Positions 59,492 to 64,000 of a DNA stretch of 64,000 nt are shown here, piece by piece. The stretch is taken from assembly GCA_964510925.1 (NCBI GenBank), contig CAZEDS010000004.1, positions 500-64,499 on the forward strand. Direction: 5' to 3'. Numbering within the stretch: position 1 is the stretch's first letter; each line of letters starts with the position of its first letter. Source of the stretch: an uncultured Candidatus Saccharibacteria bacterium. GTDB lineage: Bacteria > Patescibacteriota > WWE3 > 2-01-FULL-39-13. The notes under the pieces were generated by a model that searched no databases, was not told the DNA's origin, and saw nothing but the letters and a program-made list of their open reading frames with translations. The position numbers and the translations under genes are program-made.

Positions 59492-60010
59492 ATGGTGAAT
59501 TTCATGTTTAAAAGTGGTTTGTCGTTGCCAGTTTGGGCGGATTTGTTGAGTGATGGGCTTGTGGTTTTGTTGATTTTAGGTCTTATTATCTGGCTGTTTT
59601 TTAAGAATAAGGCTAAGCTGCCGGATTTTTTGGTTGCGATTTTTGTATCAGGATTTTTGTCTGAAGTTATAAAAGACTTTGTTAATAGGCCACGCCCGGT
59701 CTCAGTTTATACATATGAGGGGAGTGGGTTTCCTTCGACACACACGACTTTGGCTTTTATTGCATTTTTCTTCTTTTTGAATGTTTGTCATAGATTTGCA
59801 CATATTTGGAAAAGATCCCAACGAATTGCTTTTGACTCTTCGAGGCTTGTTCTTTTGACCTTGCTGTTAATTGGGTCAATTATGGTTGGTTTATTAAGAA
59901 TTATTGCTGAGGCACATTTTATTAGTGATGTAATTGGAGGAGCGGCTTTAGCGTTTTTAGTTTCTGTAGCTTTTATGTATTACGACGTTTCGGTTAGGAG
60001 AATCAAATGA
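59492..60010 (+). CDS. PAP2-family phosphatase
   Basis: KDFVNRPRP, PSTHT and AEAHFISDV match PAP2 motifs 1 to 3. Four TM. Confidence 0.7.
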   Translation: MVNFMFKSGLSLPVWADLLSDGLVVLLILGLIIWLFFKNKAKLPDFLVAIFVSGFLSEVIKDFVNRPRPVSVYTYEGSGFPSTHTTLAFIAFFFFLNVCHRFAHIWKRSQRIAFDSSRLVLLTLLLIGSIMVGLLRIIAEAHFISDVIGGAALAFLVSVAFMYYDVSVRRIK

Positions 60011-60837
60011 CCCTGATTCAATCGATAGTGTTGGGTTTCACACAAGGTCTTACAGAGTTTTTGCCAGTATCTTCGTCAGGACACTTGCGGTTAGTTCCCT
60101 TTTTATTAGGGTGGCCAGAACATCCGTTGTATTTTGACGTAGCTTTGCATTTAGGAACATCTTTGGCAGTGATTATTTATTTTAGAAAATTGTGGTTTGA
60201 TTTTATTAAATCATTTTTTATTGATTTGAATGAAATGATTTTTGGCAATGGTATAAAAAATTTTGATACTGATAAATTACGACCACAGACCAAAACATTG
60301 ATTACGATTTTTGTTGTTTCTATTCCAGTTGCGATTATTGGCTATGTTGTTGAAAAAAAGTTTGAATCATTTTTGAACTCCCCTACCCTGATTGCTTGGA
60401 GCTTGTTAATTTTTTCGGCTGTAATGTTTTATGCTGACAAATTTGGCGCAAAAAATTCAAAAGAAAAATTAACGTTTTGGGATTCATTATTTATTTCTTT
60501 GAGCCAGACTTTGGCTCTTGTTCCTGGAGTATCTAGATCAGGGGCAACTATTTCTACGGGACTTTTTAGAGGCTTGAGTAGATACTCTGCGAGTGAATTT
60601 TCATTTTTGTTATCGACTCCAATAATTTTAGGTGCAGGGATTTTAAAAGCAGATGAAATTTTTCTTGCAGGAAATGATTCGATTAATGTAATGATTGGGA
60701 TTTTGGTTTCATTTTTGTCAGGATTTGTAGCAATAAGCTTTATGTTGAAGTTTTTGAAAACAAATAGTTTAAATATTTTTATTGTTTATCGAATAATCAT
60801 TGCATTGGTTCTGTTTTTTGTGATTGGAAAACTATAA
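60007..60837 (+). CDS. uppP: undecaprenyl-diphosphatase
   Basis: IVLGFTQGLTEFLPVSSSGHL N-terminal signature. 276 aa, 8 TM. Confidence 0.85.
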   Translation: MTLIQSIVLGFTQGLTEFLPVSSSGHLRLVPFLLGWPEHPLYFDVALHLGTSLAVIIYFRKLWFDFIKSFFIDLNEMIFGNGIKNFDTDKLRPQTKTLITIFVVSIPVAIIGYVVEKKFESFLNSPTLIAWSLLIFSAVMFYADKFGAKNSKEKLTFWDSLFISLSQTLALVPGVSRSGATISTGLFRGLSRYSASEFSFLLSTPIILGAGILKADEIFLAGNDSINVMIGILVSFLSGFVAISFMLKFLKTNSLNIFIVYRIIIALVLFFVIGKL

Positions 60838-60879
60838 TCACAGTATGCACGATTGCCTTTTAACTATATAATCCAGATT

Positions 60880-63432
60880 ATGTTTTTAAGCTATATTGAC
60901 TCTATTATTAACCCAAATAAATTTAAACTTGCAAAGCCGACGCAGATTTTAAAAAGAATAAATGATCTTGAATCAAAATATAAGGAATACACGGATCTTC
61001 AATTAAAAGAAGCTATTTTATCTTTTAAAGAAGATTTAAGAAAAGACTCAAAAGACGTTGATTTTAAAGTTTTGAACGATAAGCTTGATGCTTTGTTGCC
61101 TGATGTTTATGCAATTATTCGTGAGGCATCATTGCGTGTTATGAATCAACGACATCGAGACGTTCAGCTTATTGCTGGAATTGTTTTGCATCAAGGCAAG
61201 ATTGCTGAGCAAAAAACAGGAGAGGGTAAGACTCTTACTGCAACACTTCCGCTTATATTAAATTCACTGACTGGACGAGGTGCACATTTGATTACTCCAA
61301 ATGATTACTTATCAAAACATGGCGCGGGTTGGTATGGACCTCTTTTTGATTTTTTAGGTATAACTGTCGGAGTTATTGTTGATGACTTATCTTATGTTTA
61401 TGATGTTGAATATTTGGTTCCTGATGTAATTGACGAATACACAAAGCATTTAAGACCTGTTGGTCGTGCACAGGCATATCAAGCAGATATCACCTATGGG
61501 ACTGCGAGTTCTTTTGGTTTTGATTATTTGCGTGACAACATGGCAAAAGAATTGAACCGAATTTCACAGCAAAATCCAAATGGCGATTATGGTGATCATA
61601 ATTTTGCGATCGTTGACGAGGTAGATGCAATTTTGATTGATATTGCTAGAACTCCACTTATTATTTCTGGGCCATCAACGGATACCGCTGAAGATTATTT
61701 AAAATTTGCACATCTTGCAGAAGGTTTAGTTGAAGGAACTGATTACACTAAAGATGAAAAAGAAAAGTTTTTAATGTTAACTGAACTTGGTATTAATAAA
61801 ATCGAACGAAAGTTAGGTGTCGAAAATCTTTATGAAAAAGATTTTAATACGGTTCATCGGATTGAGAACTCCTTAAAGGCGAAAGTTTTTTTTCATAAAA
61901 ACAAAGATTATATTGTTCGTGATGGTGAGATTTTAATTATTGATCAAAATACTGGGCGTGTATTGTCAGGTAATCGCTGGAGTCGAGGTTTGCATCAAGC
62001 AATTGAGGCAAAGGAAAATCTAAAAGTTCAGGCAGAAAACAAAACAGTCGCAACAATTTCATATCAAAATTATTTTAGATTGTATAGAAAACTTTCTGGT
62101 ATGACTGGTACGGCTTCGACTGAGTCCGAAGAATTTTATAAAATTTATAATTTGGATGTTGTTGTTATTCCTACTAATAAAAAAATTGCGAGAGTTGATC
62201 GTCCTGATATTGTTTATAAAACTGAAACTGGAAAATTTCAAGCAATAGCAAAAGATATTCAAGAAAGAAATAAAAAAGGTCAGCCAATTTTAATCGGAAC
62301 AATAAGTATTCAAAAATCTGAATTGATTTCAAAATATTTAAAACATTTAGGTGTAAAACATGAAATTTTGAACGCAAAACACCATGACCGTGAAGCTCAA
62401 ATCATTAGGCAAGCAGGTCAAAAAGGTTCGGTTACTGTTGCTACAAATATGGCTGGTCGAGGAGTTGATATTATTTTAGGTGGTGATCCTTTTGATAAAG
62501 AAAAATTTGATGAAATAACTTCGTTGGGTGGTTTGTTTGTTGTAGGAACTGAAAGACATGATTCAAGACGAATTGATAATCAGTTAAGAGGTCGATCAGG
62601 TCGACAAGGTGAAATTGGTGAATCAAGATTTTATTTGTCGCTTCAAGATGATTTGGTTCGAATTTTTGGAGGTTCAACAATTGAGTCAATAATGACTCGA
62701 ATGGGAGTTGGTGATGAAGTTCCAATTGAAGCTGGATTGATTTCCAAATCAATTGAAAGTGCACAAAAAAAGGTTGAAGGTATAAATTTTGATATGCGAC
62801 GTAGGCTTGTAGAGTTTGATGATGTTATTAATATTCAGCGTGAATCAATTTATAGAATGCGTCGCAGAATTTTATTTGCTGAATTTGAAAAACGTGAAGG
62901 TTTGTATGAGTGGTTAGCAAAAAAACTTGATCCACAAAAGTTTAATTTTGAAGAACTAAGAATAGATAGAGAAAAAGAATATGGCGAAATGGTTTGGTTT
63001 CAAGTTTGCAGAAATATTTGTTTGGATACGATTGATTTTTTATGGATGGATCATATTGATACGATGGATGATTTAAAAACTGAGGTAAGCCTACGACATT
63101 ATGGGCAATTGGATGATGTTGTCGAATATAAGCGAGAAGCAAGAATTTTATTTGATGCGTTAGTTTCAGAGATCAACAATACTATTACTGATAGATTAGA
63201 AAAAATTGAGGTAAAAGTTGAATATATAAATGAACCAACTAACACGGAGACTTCAAATCAATTTGTTACAAATAATCCTGATGTTATTGAGAGCGGTTTT
63301 AAAGATGAGGCTGCTGCTCTTTTAACACGGGCAAATGATGGTTCAATCGATTTTTCAAAAGCAAAGCGCAATGATCCATGTCCATGTGGTAGTGGGAGGA
63401 AGTTCAAGAATTGCCACGGGCGCAATTCTTGA
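60880..63432 (+). CDS. secA: preprotein translocase ATPase SecA
   Basis: Walker A QKTGEGKTLTATLP. DEVD DEAD-box-like. C-terminal Zn finger CPCGSGRKFKNCHG. Start chosen at Met10 of the track ORF. Confidence 0.9.
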   Translation: MFLSYIDSIINPNKFKLAKPTQILKRINDLESKYKEYTDLQLKEAILSFKEDLRKDSKDVDFKVLNDKLDALLPDVYAIIREASLRVMNQRHRDVQLIAGIVLHQGKIAEQKTGEGKTLTATLPLILNSLTGRGAHLITPNDYLSKHGAGWYGPLFDFLGITVGVIVDDLSYVYDVEYLVPDVIDEYTKHLRPVGRAQAYQADITYGTASSFGFDYLRDNMAKELNRISQQNPNGDYGDHNFAIVDEVDAILIDIARTPLIISGPSTDTAEDYLKFAHLAEGLVEGTDYTKDEKEKFLMLTELGINKIERKLGVENLYEKDFNTVHRIENSLKAKVFFHKNKDYIVRDGEILIIDQNTGRVLSGNRWSRGLHQAIEAKENLKVQAENKTVATISYQNYFRLYRKLSGMTGTASTESEEFYKIYNLDVVVIPTNKKIARVDRPDIVYKTETGKFQAIAKDIQERNKKGQPILIGTISIQKSELISKYLKHLGVKHEILNAKHHDREAQIIRQAGQKGSVTVATNMAGRGVDIILGGDPFDKEKFDEITSLGGLFVVGTERHDSRRIDNQLRGRSGRQGEIGESRFYLSLQDDLVRIFGGSTIESIMTRMGVGDEVPIEAGLISKSIESAQKKVEGINFDMRRRLVEFDDVINIQRESIYRMRRRILFAEFEKREGLYEWLAKKLDPQKFNFEELRIDREKEYGEMVWFQVCRNICLDTIDFLWMDHIDTMDDLKTEVSLRHYGQLDDVVEYKREARILFDALVSEINNTITDRLEKIEVKVEYINEPTNTETSNQFVTNNPDVIESGFKDEAAALLTRANDGSIDFSKAKRNDPCPCGSGRKFKNCHGRNS

Positions 63433-63495
63433 TACTACGCATTAAAATTGCCACGGGCGCAATTCTTGATGCTACACATTAAAATTGCCACTGAA
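63409..63495 (+). repeat. 38-bp tandem direct repeat, 2.3 copies; the first copy contains the secA stop codon
   Basis: The unit aattgccacgggcgcaattcttgatActacGcattaaa is repeated with two mismatches, then a partial aattgccactg. Confidence 0.7.
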
Positions 63496-63499
63496 AAGG

Positions 63500-64000
63500 T
63501 TAATTGCTTGTTAGATTATCTTTCAAAATTTTTGTTGTATTTGAGTCAACTTTTCCATAAAGAATGAATGATGAATTGTCGAGATTCAAATGTGTTTTTA
63601 TAAAATTGTTGATTTCTGTGAGTGTAATTTTTTTGATTGAGTTTAGAACTGCTTTGGCAGTATAAATTTTTTCATCTAGTATTATCGCATTTACTAATAA
63701 ATTTTTATTCGCGCTAAAGCTATCGAATTGAAGTAGAGCACGGTTGTATGTATATTCTTTGTAGTGATTTAACTCTTCTTCTGTGATGCCTTCGTGCAAG
63801 AGCTTTCTGAATTCTTCTAAGTAAATTTTTAATGCTTGTTCGAATTTTATTGGTTCAATTTCAAAAGAAACATTAATTGCGCCAAATTTTGAATACAAAT
63901 AGGTTTCTGCATAAATGTCATAAAGCAAACCTTCTTTTTCTCGTAATCGTGAATATAAACGGCTTGTAGTTGTGTTCACGAGAATTTTTAAAGCGGTATT
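63500..64000 (-). CDS. M16-family peptidase-like protein (C-terminal/inactive-domain-like), truncated by the window edge
   Basis: SRLYSRLREKEGLLYDIY is typical of the pitrilysin family. The ORF continues beyond 64000. Confidence 0.5.
   Translation of the reverse strand, partial: NTALKILVNTTTSRLYSRLREKEGLLYDIYAETYLYSKFGAINVSFEIEPIKFEQALKIYLEEFRKLLHEGITEEELNHYKEYTYNRALLQFDSFSANKNLLVNAIILDEKIYTAKAVLNSIKKITLTEINNFIKTHLNLDNSSFILYGKVDSNTTKILKDNLTSN

Noticed and set aside
1-64000. CRISPR arrays, rRNA genes, transposase/integrase genes
   Set aside because: None were seen. There is no array of regularly spaced direct repeats, no rRNA-like conserved stretches, and no recognisable recombinase ORFs in this window.

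Overview
This is a 64 kb, AT-rich, gene-dense window with short intergenic spacers and many overlapping stop/start junctions. The gene content suggests a reduced-genome, uncultivated bacterium, possibly CPR/Patescibacteria-like, but that is inference only. Content falls into six blocks. (1) Positions 1-7.5 kb are an accessory-looking locus. It holds a ThyA-superfamily enzyme with a 175-aa N-terminal extension, and a radical SAM/SPASM-like enzyme preceded on the same strand by two tandem 34-aa paralogous peptides sharing a QCxCACP core. The stop of the first peptide overlaps the maturase start (ATGA). This is the best candidate in the window for an undescribed RiPP-type system. Divergent from it is a three-gene operon of two proteins with C-terminal OmpR/PhoB-type winged-helix DNA-binding domains and a Pol-beta-like nucleotidyltransferase-motif protein. 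(2) Housekeeping genes follow: an RRM RNA-binding protein, typA, a GIY-YIG nuclease, and a DEAD-box helicase with an N-terminal RGG-rich tail. (3) A 14.7-kb, single-strand envelope glycan cluster spans 13.2-27.9 kb. It contains a secreted hydrolase, two GT-C-like membrane proteins, an SDR, a GT4, a methyltransferase, a NodB-type deacetylase, two tandem GT2 paralogs, and a 1591-aa fusion of GT2, processive GT2, a Wzx-like flippase and GT4. (4) The next stretch encodes tsaC, an NYN protein, and an ABC-2 exporter operon. A tRNA-Gln(CUG) sits inside that minus-strand gene string ahead of a secreted protein. After it come a YjgR-like ATPase, YceI, a His-rich metal transporter-like protein, a DsbA-like protein, DUF45, VanW, a secreted C39-like protein, tgt, a pentapeptide-repeat protein, DedA and an FAD disulfide reductase. 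(5) A tRNA-Glu(CUC) lies near two short duplicated copies of its own 3' end, a possible integration scar. Downstream are tandem greA paralogs, lysS, a polyamine pair (a pyruvoyl-type SAM decarboxylase convergent with a DUF43/BpsA-like GDDD protein), and serS preceded by a T-box-like motif. (6) The last block holds a PAP2 phosphatase, uppP, secA followed by a 38-bp tandem repeat of its own 3' end, and a truncated M16-like peptidase gene. All annotations rest on by-eye motif recognition and manual tRNA folding. No database searches were run. A 1-nt inconsistency between the displayed text and the ORF-track frames near 31.0-31.08 kb means coordinates there are +/-1.
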